Assembly: GCA_937930175.1 (NCBI GenBank)
Contig: CALGLP010000011.1
Span: 28,776 to 92,775 of the forward strand
DNA: 64,000 bases
Reading direction: 5' to 3'
Origin: an uncultured bacterium
GTDB lineage: Bacteria > Omnitrophota > Gorgyraeia > Zapsychrales > Aceulaceae
In this document: positions 48,576 to 58,622 of the stretch, piece by piece
How the letters are laid out: each line of letters opens with the position of its first letter
Position numbering within the stretch: position 1 is the first letter of the stretch
Notes under the pieces: generated by a model
Told to the model about the DNA's origin: nothing
The model's database searches: none
What the model saw: the letters and a program-made list of their open reading frames with translations, nothing else
Translations under genes and position numbers: made by a program

Positions 48576-50805
48576 ACCCTTTATGTCTTTTTGTTCTCTC
48601 CATAATAAAATCCTTTAGAAATAAGAAAATAGTCCATAAAAACATTCCCAAACAAAGATAAAAAACAAAGAAAAAGAAGGCTACTCCACCCAAAGGAGAA
48701 TAAACAAGATAAAGGGTGTTCTCCCCGGCGGGAAGAAAAATACCTTTAAAGGCAATATTAGCCCTATAAAGCTTTTCTTGGCGACCATTAACAAAAAGTT
48801 TCCAATCCTGATGATAACTATCCGTATAAACCAAAAACTTTTCTTCTTTAAAATTTGTTTTTATCTTGATGGCATTAACATTAAAATCTGTGACGACGAG
48901 CTCCTCACTCTTCACTTTTTTAATGGTCGCTTGGCCAATAGACTCAAGCTGCGAATCACGTAAAACCATTTTCTGAATCGCTGGATCCTTAAGGTCATCC
49001 TCGATAAAAGCTAGATTTAAATTCTCCTGAAAAACCTTTCTTGGTAATACTAAATTGTCAACCAAGGGCTCAGAGATCATCGCAACATGATCATAAAGAT
49101 AAAATTTATTCTTAACATACTTCTCAGCAATCTCTTGAGGAATATAAGAAAAAAACTGCCCTGCCCACCGACACGGGTGATCAATCAACCCAAAAAACCG
49201 TAAATAGTCTTTTTGCTGAAGACGATATTTGTGATAATTGTCATCCGTAGGAGGTCCTTCAGGATCAGGTCGGACATAAGCAAATCGAACACCCTGAGAT
49301 TCTACTAAAATATAATTCTGTATGTATTCCCTGTTGTTAAAAGGGTCCTTCGTATAATGCCAAAGGGCTTCAATAGGCTGAATAACCGCGCAAACGATTA
49401 AAAAAGGAAAAAGGAGTTTCTGAACGAATTTCTTCTCTTTAAGAAAGAAAAGAACATAAAAATAAAAAAAGCTCATCACAATCGTTATGTAAGAAGAAAC
49501 CAGATTATTTCGTTGCCATACAAGAAAAGCAAAAAAAGATCCATGCGTTAAAAGCAAAATGAAGAATTTTGCTATCCTACTAGTCAAGAACTGCTCTTGC
49601 ACAATCCTTTGCCATTGCAAAACAGAAAAAAGAATTCCTACGCCTATCAAAACCATCCAGAAACACGACACAGAATGAATAACAGAAAAAAAAGGTAAAA
49701 ATCGATAGAATAATAAATAGAGTCCGCCAGGAGGCCCTAAAAGAATAAAAAACAATAAAATAAGCAGAATAAAAAGCAAAAAAGATTTACGGGTCATGCG
49801 ATTAAAGGCACCCAACAAAGAAATAAGAAAAACAAAGACGGGAACAAACGGATGCTCATAACGCCATCCTCTTAAATTTAAAGAAGAAAGAAGCTCCTTA
49901 GGAAGCTTTCTAAGATTGCAGGACGAAAAAACAATCTCCGATGGCTTCATTTCTGCACCTCTTTCCAACCAAATATCTTTTTGTGATCGATGCCTATCGA
50001 TAAAAACGACTTCTTTATTTTGAGACATTTGAAAAGCCCTAAAAGGAGGCAACAATGCCATTGCCAATGAAAAAGAACAGAAAAGAACAAGAAAAAACCT
50101 TTTCCGAGCAAAAGAAGCCAGAGCCAAAACAGTCCCGCATAATCCGCTGAAGTCAGATATCGCAGCAGCAAAAATCAAGAAAAAACAAATCGTTAAAAGA
50201 TAAGGAGGGAAATAAGATGTTGCCACAATCATAAGCGTAAAAATTAATCCAACAAATGCTTTGGGCTCTTGAGACTGACAAAAACGCAAACCAAAGTAAA
50301 AAAACCAGATCATGGGAACATAAATAATTATTGTATTAATCAATCCCTGAAAGACATAGGAAAAAGAAAAGAGCATAATAAGAAAACTTAAATAAGCAGC
50401 GCGTTCATCTCTAAAGAAAGTCTTCGCAAAGAAATAAAATCCAAGCATGCCAATAAAAAGATAGGTAAAGCCTGTGTAGACGAAAGCAAGATAATAGGAA
50501 AGGCCAGATCGATGAAGGATCAGCATCAACAGCCAGATGGGATTAAAAACACCAAAAAGAACGCTTGTTATAAGAGAAGGGTGTCCCCAATCCAAAAAAG
50601 GATTCCACAGAAGAAAAACGCCTTGCTCTAAATTCTCAATAAAAACTTTTACAGCAGCATAAGTGGCAAAGGAGTCACCACAAAAGAAGGCTTGACCGCT
50701 GAACATGTCTCGAAAAAGAAAAAGCCAAATAGCTAATGGAAGCAAGAACGGCAAGGCCTTGTAAACCAAACCTAGCCATTTACTCTCTGAAAAGAAACTT
50801 TTCAT
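48562..50805 (-). CDS. YfhO-like polytopic membrane protein (putative GT-C glycosyltransferase), copy 2
   Basis: Clear paralog of 45386-47602 along its whole length (for example FKGIFLPAGENTLYLVYSPLGG vs FKGVVLSPGENVLVFYYAPLGG). Confidence 0.45.
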   Translation of the reverse strand: MKSFFSESKWLGLVYKALPFLLPLAIWLFLFRDMFSGQAFFCGDSFATYAAVKVFIENLEQGVFLLWNPFLDWGHPSLITSVLFGVFNPIWLLMLILHRSGLSYYLAFVYTGFTYLFIGMLGFYFFAKTFFRDERAAYLSFLIMLFSFSYVFQGLINTIIIYVPMIWFFYFGLRFCQSQEPKAFVGLIFTLMIVATSYFPPYLLTICFFLIFAAAISDFSGLCGTVLALASFARKRFFLVLFCSFSLAMALLPPFRAFQMSQNKEVVFIDRHRSQKDIWLERGAEMKPSEIVFSSCNLRKLPKELLSSLNLRGWRYEHPFVPVFVFLISLLGAFNRMTRKSFLLFILLILLFFILLGPPGGLYLLFYRFLPFFSVIHSVSCFWMVLIGVGILFSVLQWQRIVQEQFLTSRIAKFFILLLTHGSFFAFLVWQRNNLVSSYITIVMSFFYFYVLFFLKEKKFVQKLLFPFLIVCAVIQPIEALWHYTKDPFNNREYIQNYILVESQGVRFAYVRPDPEGPPTDDNYHKYRLQQKDYLRFFGLIDHPCRWAGQFFSYIPQEIAEKYVKNKFYLYDHVAMISEPLVDNLVLPRKVFQENLNLAFIEDDLKDPAIQKMVLRDSQLESIGQATIKKVKSEELVVTDFNVNAIKIKTNFKEEKFLVYTDSYHQDWKLFVNGRQEKLYRANIAFKGIFLPAGENTLYLVYSPLGGVAFFFFVFYLCLGMFLWTIFLFLKDFIMERTKRHKGCDEN

Positions 50806-50970
50806 CTTGCCTTTCCATTATTTCTTTAAAACGCTAGAAATTAAAATTAATTTTAACATGATTCTCGGGTCGGAGCAAATAAATACAGCCCTAAAAAAAC
50901 CAGAAAGGCTAAAAAACATTACCATATCTTAAGAAATATGGTTTAATAATAGCATCTCGCAAATACCTTT

Positions 50971-52473
50971 ATGAAAATACTTCTCCTTTATCCACAATAC
51001 ACGTATATTGGTAAATTCGACTCAAGAGCCCTGTCCATGGCCTTGACGTATTTAGGCTCTGTTCTAAAATCTCGCGGCCATAAAGTCACGATCTATAACG
51101 CCTCCCTAGGACCTATCATCAATACCGGAGGGCTCTATCGATACGGCGCAAGCGAAGAAGAGACAAAGGAGTTCATTGCTCGCACCCCCTTCGACCTTGT
51201 TGGTATCACTTGTGCTATTTCCTCTCAATGGAAGTTCACAGCTGCGCTGGCCAAACAAGTCAAAGACGTCTCTAGCAAGGCGATCGTCGCAGTCGGTGGC
51301 CTCTACCCAACATACCACTGGAAAGAATGCCTAGGCGAAAATACTTCCGTCGATGTCATCTTCCTTGGCGAAGCAGAGCTTTCCTTTGCTGAATTTGTAG
51401 ACCATCTCTCTTGTGGGCAAAATCTCGCAGGCTCTTGCCAACCCCTTGATGGTGTTGCCTGGAAAAGCCAAGGCCAAATCTATCACAATCCAAAGACGGA
51501 ATACAATCACCATCTCGACAGCCTTCCTTTTCCAGATTGGCATTTGATCGACCTTGAAAAACAATTTTCTGTACAAAAAAAACTTATTCATTTGCCAGCC
51601 CGATCCCTTCCCATCTTGTCTTCCAGAAGCTGTCCGAACAGATGTTCTTTCTGCAATATGTATATCACGCATGGATCACGCTGGCGCCCACGATCTGCTG
51701 AAAATGTCGTTCAAGAAATCGACTATTTAATAAAAGAGTTCAACATTAATTATTTTTACTTTATTGATGATAATTTTAGCTTTGATAATGCACGCGCTAA
51801 GCGCATTTGTCGCCTCATCATAGAACAAAAACTTCGCATCCGCTATACGTTCCCCAATGGGTTAAGTATCAAGACCATTGACAAAGAATTAGTTGAGTTG
51901 ATGAAAGCGTCTGGGTGCTTAGGCGTCTGCCTTGCTGTTGAGTCTGGAAGCAACCGTATCCGCAATGAGATTTACAAAAAGAATCTCAAAGAAGAAGATG
52001 TTTTGCGCGTCTGCCGCCTATTTCATGAATTCAAGATTCCCACACAGGTCTTTTTTATGATAGGAGCCCCAACCGAAACAGAGGAAGATGTCAATCAAAC
52101 AAAAAAGCTAATTGCGCGCCTACCCATGGACCTTGCATCTGTTTCTGTTTATACACCTTATCCTGGGACAGCCTTATATGAGCAGTGCCTAAAAAATGGC
52201 TGGATTTCTGAGAACCCCCTAGAAGAAGCTGACACGATGGACTTCTTTTCTCCTGTTTTACAAATGAAAAACCCAAGCCCTAATGATGTCCGACGATGGC
52301 AACTTGAACTCTACATGACCTTCTTAACCACACACTTCTTTGCGGTCATCAGAAAAATGTTTTCACCGGAGAGTATTTTAAATCTGGAAAATTTCCTACG
52401 CTTCACAAACATTGTCAAACATCACTGCAGACTCTTTGTAAGCTCTTTATTGCACCAAAAACCTGCCCCCTAA
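50971..52473 (+). CDS. B12-binding-domain radical SAM enzyme (class B)
   Basis: N-terminal B12-binding Rossmann-like region and the radical-SAM Cx3Cx2C motif (SRSCPNRCSFCNM). Confidence 0.85.
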   Translation: MKILLLYPQYTYIGKFDSRALSMALTYLGSVLKSRGHKVTIYNASLGPIINTGGLYRYGASEEETKEFIARTPFDLVGITCAISSQWKFTAALAKQVKDVSSKAIVAVGGLYPTYHWKECLGENTSVDVIFLGEAELSFAEFVDHLSCGQNLAGSCQPLDGVAWKSQGQIYHNPKTEYNHHLDSLPFPDWHLIDLEKQFSVQKKLIHLPARSLPILSSRSCPNRCSFCNMYITHGSRWRPRSAENVVQEIDYLIKEFNINYFYFIDDNFSFDNARAKRICRLIIEQKLRIRYTFPNGLSIKTIDKELVELMKASGCLGVCLAVESGSNRIRNEIYKKNLKEEDVLRVCRLFHEFKIPTQVFFMIGAPTETEEDVNQTKKLIARLPMDLASVSVYTPYPGTALYEQCLKNGWISENPLEEADTMDFFSPVLQMKNPSPNDVRRWQLELYMTFLTTHFFAVIRKMFSPESILNLENFLRFTNIVKHHCRLFVSSLLHQKPAP

Positions 52474-52493
52474 GCCCATGCGCACATAAAGAG

Positions 52494-54599
52494 CTACCGT
52501 TCATTGCGACGGAAGACAGCCAAATACCTTCCCTTCTGGCAAAGAGAATACTTTTCCTCAATATACTGTAAAAGCAGTTGATGCTCCATCTGCTGCGTAG
52601 CCAAAAATCTTGCGAAACTACTCAACACAATCTTTTCATCAATAAAAATATATGGTGGCTTCTTCATTTCTAAAGAATCAAAAAAGAAAGAAACTCTTTG
52701 TGGAGTAAATAAAAATAGCGGATCAAAAATCTCTTTTCCAAAAGACTGCGGAGAAAGCAAGTTAGGATAATAGAGCAATGGCTTTCGATTTGCCTTCATA
52801 AGAATTTCTGCAGCCATTTCTGAAATAATACAAGCTTCTTCTTGAGGAGCAACAAAGCGAGCAACAAGAGCAGCATCCTCATCTAGAATAAGCGTTTCCT
52901 TCATCTGAGTCACGTAGCTTAGAACTTCTTCCTTGTGCATAAAATAAAGATTAGGATATTGAAGAAACCGCTCCGAAGTCACGATGATCAATAAGGAGCT
53001 CAAAGCAACAAAAAGTGCAAGCACTTTTCGCCATTTTAATTGAACAAGGCCAGCGATCCGACTCGCCCAAAAACATAAAATATAAACAAGCGGCAAAATA
53101 ACCGCAAGATAGCTAGAAGGGGCAGAGCGACAAATATAATAGCTATACAAACTAAGGCCATAAATGCTCAATATCGCAAGAAAGAGATTATGGTTGTTTG
53201 CAGGCTTACGTACCATGCCGGCACACATCACGCAAAGATTAAACAGATAGACAACAGGGATCAAGCATCCAAAAAAGAAATATAGAAATTCTTTTTGCTG
53301 AAGGCCACAATAGATGGGAAGGGCTCCAAAGCCAGCTAAAAATAACTGACCCGTTTCGCCAAGATTCTTCCAAAATAATGGATTCAAAGCATGTCCTTTG
53401 CTTAACATTTGATAACAAACAAATGCGATAGATAAAGGAAGCAAAAACACAAACGACAAAGACCCAATCCATCGAGGCCAAGAACAGGGCTCCCCTCTAA
53501 GAATTTTGATAAAAACGAGCAAAAGGATACAACAAAAAAAAGAAAAGAATAAATAGACGCCCGTATCAAAAATATAAGGCAAGGAAAGCCCAACAACCAC
53601 AGCAGAAAAAATAAGATATTTCCAATGAGACGTTTTTAGATAAAACCAAATAAAGATAAAGAAAAAAATATCAAAAAAATAGCGAATAATCGTTCCGCTA
53701 GGAAAAATCCAGATATTATTCATAACGGGAGGATGGCAAAACATTTGCAAATGGATAGCCCACAAAACCCCAAGCGCAGGGATAAAGAATCCCTTGATCC
53801 AAGCGCGGAGAAGAACATAAACAAAAAGATAATAAATAATCGTCATACAAGATAAAACTCGAAAAACACTTTCATAGCCAAAACCCCCGCCGGCCTGGGC
53901 AAGACGACTCACCAAAAAAGGCATTCCAACACCATACTGGCTAAAAACATCGATACCGAGGATGCATCCCTTAAGGGATGCAAACCCCGGAGCAATAATG
54001 AACGATTGCCAGTGGTTAAATTGATCATAATGAAAGATTCTGGCAATCATTCCAGGAGCATCAGGAACCCAAAGAATTGTCCCAATGGCAATCGGAACTA
54101 TGATGTCGCCAACCTTAGAAAAGGTTGACACCCAACGATCTAAAATCTTATTAATTTCCTTAAGGGATGGGTGGAAAATAATGAAGAAGATGCGCAACAA
54201 CACAATACACAGCAACAAAATTTCTGCCCATCGAGGAAAATGGTATAAAAATAGCTTAAAAACAACATACAGGGCAAAAACTAGCAAGGCCCCATCGATG
54301 ACAACCACTTCTTTAAGACGCTCGAGAAGCTCTGTGGTTATACTTTTCTTCCTGAGCAAAAACATGAGCATCATCTGAGCCAAAATAATTGATACAATAA
54401 AAATTCCATAAAGCACAATCTCCCTCTCTGGAAAAATCGTATATTGAAAGGATATAATTTGGATAGGGCTTACAATAGGAACCAGGCTTGAAATTAGCGA
54501 AGCAATAAATAAAACCTGAAAACCAAAAAAAATAGAGAGAACAGAAACAAAAAACGTGCGCTGGTTTTCAAATGTTAAGATTTTCTTTTCGTCAATCAT
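52494..54599 (-). CDS. Large polytopic membrane protein of unknown function (candidate GT-C-like transferase), copy A
   Basis: About 530 aa of TM helices plus a C-terminal soluble domain of about 170 aa; no catalytic motif recognised. Confidence 0.35.
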   Translation of the reverse strand: MIDEKKILTFENQRTFFVSVLSIFFGFQVLFIASLISSLVPIVSPIQIISFQYTIFPEREIVLYGIFIVSIILAQMMLMFLLRKKSITTELLERLKEVVVIDGALLVFALYVVFKLFLYHFPRWAEILLLCIVLLRIFFIIFHPSLKEINKILDRWVSTFSKVGDIIVPIAIGTILWVPDAPGMIARIFHYDQFNHWQSFIIAPGFASLKGCILGIDVFSQYGVGMPFLVSRLAQAGGGFGYESVFRVLSCMTIIYYLFVYVLLRAWIKGFFIPALGVLWAIHLQMFCHPPVMNNIWIFPSGTIIRYFFDIFFFIFIWFYLKTSHWKYLIFSAVVVGLSLPYIFDTGVYLFFSFFCCILLLVFIKILRGEPCSWPRWIGSLSFVFLLPLSIAFVCYQMLSKGHALNPLFWKNLGETGQLFLAGFGALPIYCGLQQKEFLYFFFGCLIPVVYLFNLCVMCAGMVRKPANNHNLFLAILSIYGLSLYSYYICRSAPSSYLAVILPLVYILCFWASRIAGLVQLKWRKVLALFVALSSLLIIVTSERFLQYPNLYFMHKEEVLSYVTQMKETLILDEDAALVARFVAPQEEACIISEMAAEILMKANRKPLLYYPNLLSPQSFGKEIFDPLFLFTPQRVSFFFDSLEMKKPPYIFIDEKIVLSSFARFLATQQMEHQLLLQYIEEKYSLCQKGRYLAVFRRNER

Positions 54600-54687
54600 A
54601 GTAAAAACTCCTTAAATTCAAAGCGTGTCGTCTTTCGCTAGAGACAATATGATCAAAAACTCACCTATCTTGTCACAAATAATAAAA

Positions 54688-56787
54688 TTACAGACCTGGC
54701 TTTCTTTTAAGAGCAACTAACAACTCCCCTTGACCAACCAAATCATATTTCTCTCTTAAATACTGCGTCAGCCTTAAAAAAGACTCCTGGGAAACACATC
54801 CTAGAATAGATGCCTCACCAACGAGAAATCGTCCTTCAATAAAAACATATTGGGGTTTTTCTTGTTCAAGACTGAGGAACATTCTATCAACCCTTTTCTG
54901 AGTAAACAAAAAAAATGGCGCGAAGAATAACGTACGAAAAGAATGGGTTGGCAAAATATTAGAATAGTAAAGAAAAGGCTTGCGATTTGCCTGCATCAGA
55001 AAAGTCGGCGCCATAGAAGCGAACAAGCACACCTTATCGCTTGGAGATGTAAAACGTGTAATAAGATCAACATCTTGGTCAATCGCCATAAATTCGCTCA
55101 TTAGCTTCTTATCTTTGTCTGCTTGCTCTCTGTTGACATTGCCGATATGCGGATAATCCAAAAACAACCTTGACGTCAACAAAATCAAAATTGAAGCAAT
55201 AAAAATATAAACAAGAAGGATTCTTCTTGTTTTCTCATTTAAGACCATAACAACCTGATCAAGCCAATAGCACAAAATGCATGCCAACGGCACACTCACG
55301 GAAAAATAACTTGAAGGTGCCGAACGGCAAACAAAATACTGATAAATGCCCAGACCATAAATACTTAAAACAAGAGCTAAAAGACCTTGACGACAACCTC
55401 TTTTTGCAACGAAAATACATGCAGTCCCAAGATAAACCAAAGGAACGAGACAAGCAATAACAAAGTAGGCATACTCTTTCATCGCAATACCATCAAAGAG
55501 CGGCATGGCCCCTAATCCTGCCGCAAAGAAATCAAGCATTTCTGTGAAATTTGATAAGAAAACAGGCTTCAAAAGGTTGTCCCCAATGGCCATCCAATAC
55601 AAAGAAAATGCGACAGCACAAGGGAGGACGCAACAGACACCAAAGAGCACGCGATCTTTTGAATAAGCCAGAAATGTCACTCTTTGCTCAGCAAAAAGAA
55701 CAAAAGTAGCCAAATATGCATAAAACGCCAGAGCTAAAGAAACGCCTGTATCTAAAACATAAAATAATGCCATCCCGACAACCACGCTAGCGATGAGAAG
55801 ATAACGAAAAGAGCGATAACGCAAGTGCAAAGCGAGAAAAAGAAAACAAATAATATCGAAAAAATAACGAACAACCGTTCCGCTAGGATAAATCCAGACA
55901 ACATGAACAGCCTCAAGAAAGCTAAACATCTGAAATTTGATTGCCCAAATGACACCAATGACAGCCACAAAAATATTCTTTAACCACAGCCTCAGGAAAA
56001 CATAGACCAAAATAAAATACATAATACACATCGATAAAAAAATAACAGCAAGATGCTCGTAAGTAAACCCACCGATGAGCCGCGAACACTGTCCAATAAA
56101 AAGCGGCATTCCAATTCCGTATTGACTGAAGATATCCACATCGAGTCTGCATCCCTTAAGCGCCGCAAAGCCTGGCTCAATAATAAAAGCCTGCCAATGG
56201 TAAAACTTGTCATAGCGAAAAATTTGCGCTAACAGCCATGGGACATCCGGAACATAAATGCAGGCAGAAACGAACAGCAAGACAAGAAGATCAACACCCC
56301 AAGTATATTTTTCGCAGAAAAGCCCAATCTTTTCTATGAACGAATACAGAAAGCGATAACTGATCTTTGATATTCCAGCCACCAACAAAAAGAAATAAAA
56401 ATAATATTTTATGCCTGTTGCAAAACCAGAAAGAGCCAATTTAAAGATCATAAAAAGAACAAGAAGCAAGATTGCCCCATCCATGACAACAAAATGAGCG
56501 AGTTTAGAGCTCAACTCTTGGCTTTGCATTTTCTTTCGAAATAACCATAGGCAAATGACCTGACAAAGAAAAACAGAAAGGACAAAAACGCGATATAGCA
56601 ACATTTCCCGCTCAGGACGCATATCTGACTGATACACAAGAATTTGAACCGAAGGCTTTAGCGGGATAAAAGTAAAAACAAAAGACACGATCACAAGAAC
56701 CTGGATGCCGATGATGATCGACAAAACAGATATAAGAAAGATATTAATGTTTTCTGGAGTTAAAAGATCCTTGAATAACTTAGGCAT
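54688..56787 (-). CDS. Large polytopic membrane protein, paralog of 52494-54599, copy B
   Basis: Collinear similarity at the N-terminus (FLISVLSIIIGIQVLVI vs FFVSVLSIFFGFQVLFI) and the C-terminus (ANRKPFLYYSNILP vs ANRKPLLYYPNLLS). Confidence 0.35.
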   Translation of the reverse strand: MPKLFKDLLTPENINIFLISVLSIIIGIQVLVIVSFVFTFIPLKPSVQILVYQSDMRPEREMLLYRVFVLSVFLCQVICLWLFRKKMQSQELSSKLAHFVVMDGAILLLVLFMIFKLALSGFATGIKYYFYFFLLVAGISKISYRFLYSFIEKIGLFCEKYTWGVDLLVLLFVSACIYVPDVPWLLAQIFRYDKFYHWQAFIIEPGFAALKGCRLDVDIFSQYGIGMPLFIGQCSRLIGGFTYEHLAVIFLSMCIMYFILVYVFLRLWLKNIFVAVIGVIWAIKFQMFSFLEAVHVVWIYPSGTVVRYFFDIICFLFLALHLRYRSFRYLLIASVVVGMALFYVLDTGVSLALAFYAYLATFVLFAEQRVTFLAYSKDRVLFGVCCVLPCAVAFSLYWMAIGDNLLKPVFLSNFTEMLDFFAAGLGAMPLFDGIAMKEYAYFVIACLVPLVYLGTACIFVAKRGCRQGLLALVLSIYGLGIYQYFVCRSAPSSYFSVSVPLACILCYWLDQVVMVLNEKTRRILLVYIFIASILILLTSRLFLDYPHIGNVNREQADKDKKLMSEFMAIDQDVDLITRFTSPSDKVCLFASMAPTFLMQANRKPFLYYSNILPTHSFRTLFFAPFFLFTQKRVDRMFLSLEQEKPQYVFIEGRFLVGEASILGCVSQESFLRLTQYLREKYDLVGQGELLVALKRKPGL

Positions 56788-56806
56788 GATAACGCTGACA
56801 ATCCTT

Positions 56807-57334
56807 TTATTTAAAATAATGATTTATGAGGCTTGCCACAAGGTCTCTAAATGAGAAAAAATTAAAAACTGGCTTTATCCTATATTGACCGCACTCTTGA
56901 TAAACTTCCCCTGACGCAAGCAATCTCTCTAAGCGTCTTTCAAGAATCTCCTGATCACTATAACGCATAAGCAAGGCGTGAATCGTAATACCTTGCGGCG
57001 ATACTTTCCCTATCTCATAAAGAAGGCGGATCCGAACCGAAGTTTCATTGGGACCACAAAAACAAAGGATGAAAAGAACGGCTGCGAGTCCATAAAGAAA
57101 CTCCGCAACCAAGACAAAGAGAATCTTTTCTCCTATGCCCCACACCCCCCCTGGTAATCTGCTTAAAAGAATAAAACTTGTGACAGCGTTAAAGACTCCT
57201 CCCGCCACAAGCAATCCCATCAACCAAGGAAAGATTTTCTTTGATGACGCAAACCGAAAGAAAAGAAAATAAAGAAAAAGATAGAAACCAAAGGAAACTA
57301 CGGCGCTATTAACAATCAAGGAATCAACACTCAC
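56807..57334 (-). CDS. Small membrane protein (3-4 TM + soluble C-terminal tail), unknown function
   Basis: Hydrophobic N-terminal two-thirds and a charged C-terminal domain of about 60 aa. Confidence 0.35.
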   Translation of the reverse strand: MSVDSLIVNSAVVSFGFYLFLYFLFFRFASSKKIFPWLMGLLVAGGVFNAVTSFILLSRLPGGVWGIGEKILFVLVAEFLYGLAAVLFILCFCGPNETSVRIRLLYEIGKVSPQGITIHALLMRYSDQEILERRLERLLASGEVYQECGQYRIKPVFNFFSFRDLVASLINHYFK

Positions 57335-57349
57335 GCCTCATCCCCCTTC

Positions 57350-57874
57350 TTATCCACCGATCGGTCTTCCTGAAAGCTTTTGATACCAATAAAGACAATG
57401 CAATATAAGATTTCCCTTAGGCGTTGTTCGACAAACATCTTTTTCTAAAAAGATCCAGGAGCGCTTCTGCAAATCTTCAATGCGGGGCAAGATAAAATTA
57501 GCTTGCTTCGTGCGACTTAAAAGCTCCTCGTAGGATAAACCATCTTGCTCTTTCAAGAAATTAAGAATCCGCTGCGTAGGACTATACACATCAGCCGTTA
57601 CAAAGAATAAATAATACAAGACATGACAAAGAAAATAGAGATACGCACCACTAGAAAAAAGCCGTAAAGCCCACAACGAAAAAGACGGCAAAGAGCTGCT
57701 AATCATATTTCTAAAATAAACAGAATCAGCACCCATGTAAACAAAGAAGAAAATACCCACAAAGCAGAAAAAGGATGCTTGTCGTACAGAAGAATGGGAA
57801 ATGAATCTACACAAAAATAAGTGCATCACAATAGCCGCAAACAGACAACCCAAGCTTATCAAAAGTGAAAACAT
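57350..57874 (-). CDS. Small membrane protein, same architecture as 56807-57334 (probable paralog)
   Basis: Same length (174 vs 175 aa) and the same TM-then-soluble-tail layout. Confidence 0.35.
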   Translation of the reverse strand: MFSLLISLGCLFAAIVMHLFLCRFISHSSVRQASFFCFVGIFFFVYMGADSVYFRNMISSSLPSFSLWALRLFSSGAYLYFLCHVLYYLFFVTADVYSPTQRILNFLKEQDGLSYEELLSRTKQANFILPRIEDLQKRSWIFLEKDVCRTTPKGNLILHCLYWYQKLSGRPIGG

Positions 57875-57877
57875 AAA

Positions 57878-58618
57878 CTATTCCTTAGCGTTTAGACAAA
57901 ATTTATTCTTTGACGAGGAACTCGCCTTGACAACAACAATGATTGTCTTGATGACACTTATCAAGCTTCGCAAAGTAAGAGCTTTGGATGACCCCTGTTT
58001 TCTTCCAGAATGCTCGAGGGCAATCGTTGCATAACTACAGCCTGATTTTAAGAGCTTTACAAGACATTCAGCTCCAATCGCCAGACCATCGGATTCTAAG
58101 GTAATTGAGCGCGCCAAGGATGTCTTACAAAGAAAAGCTCCCGTATAATAGTTAAGCTTTAATCCTGATATTGAATTAATCAATACGACAAAGCATCTTG
58201 ATAAAATTCGACGCAAAAGACTTCGCTTTTCAGCAGTCTTCTCATTGGTAAAAATAACATCTGCCGCACCCGCTCTTTGAACTAGCGCTCTTAATGTTTC
58301 ACCTGACATGTCATTATCACCAGGAAAAACGCTAACATATGTTTTTTGGGCTAACGAAACTCCCTTGCGATAACAATAACCATAGCCTTGATTTGTCTTA
58401 TTGTGAAAAACTTTTACCCGAGCATCGCTTCGAGCTACTTCTTCAGCAAGAAGGCCCGTCTTATCGCTGCTCCCATCATTAACAATAATAATCTCGTAAT
58501 CATCAACAATCCCTGCTATGGCTCCCTGGACAGATTGAACAGCCTGGCAAATATTCTTTTCCTCATTTAATGCCGGAATAATGACACTAAGATTTTTTGT
58601 TATTCGCATTTGCTCCAT
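57878..58618 (-). CDS. Family-2 glycosyltransferase (GtrB/DPM1-like polyprenyl-phosphate sugar synthase)
   Basis: SVIIPALNEE...IIIVNDGSSDKT...FPGDND GT-A motifs. Confidence 0.8.
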   Translation of the reverse strand: MEQMRITKNLSVIIPALNEEKNICQAVQSVQGAIAGIVDDYEIIIVNDGSSDKTGLLAEEVARSDARVKVFHNKTNQGYGYCYRKGVSLAQKTYVSVFPGDNDMSGETLRALVQRAGAADVIFTNEKTAEKRSLLRRILSRCFVVLINSISGLKLNYYTGAFLCKTSLARSITLESDGLAIGAECLVKLLKSGCSYATIALEHSGRKQGSSKALTLRSLISVIKTIIVVVKASSSSKNKFCLNAKE

Positions 58619-58622
58619 AAAC

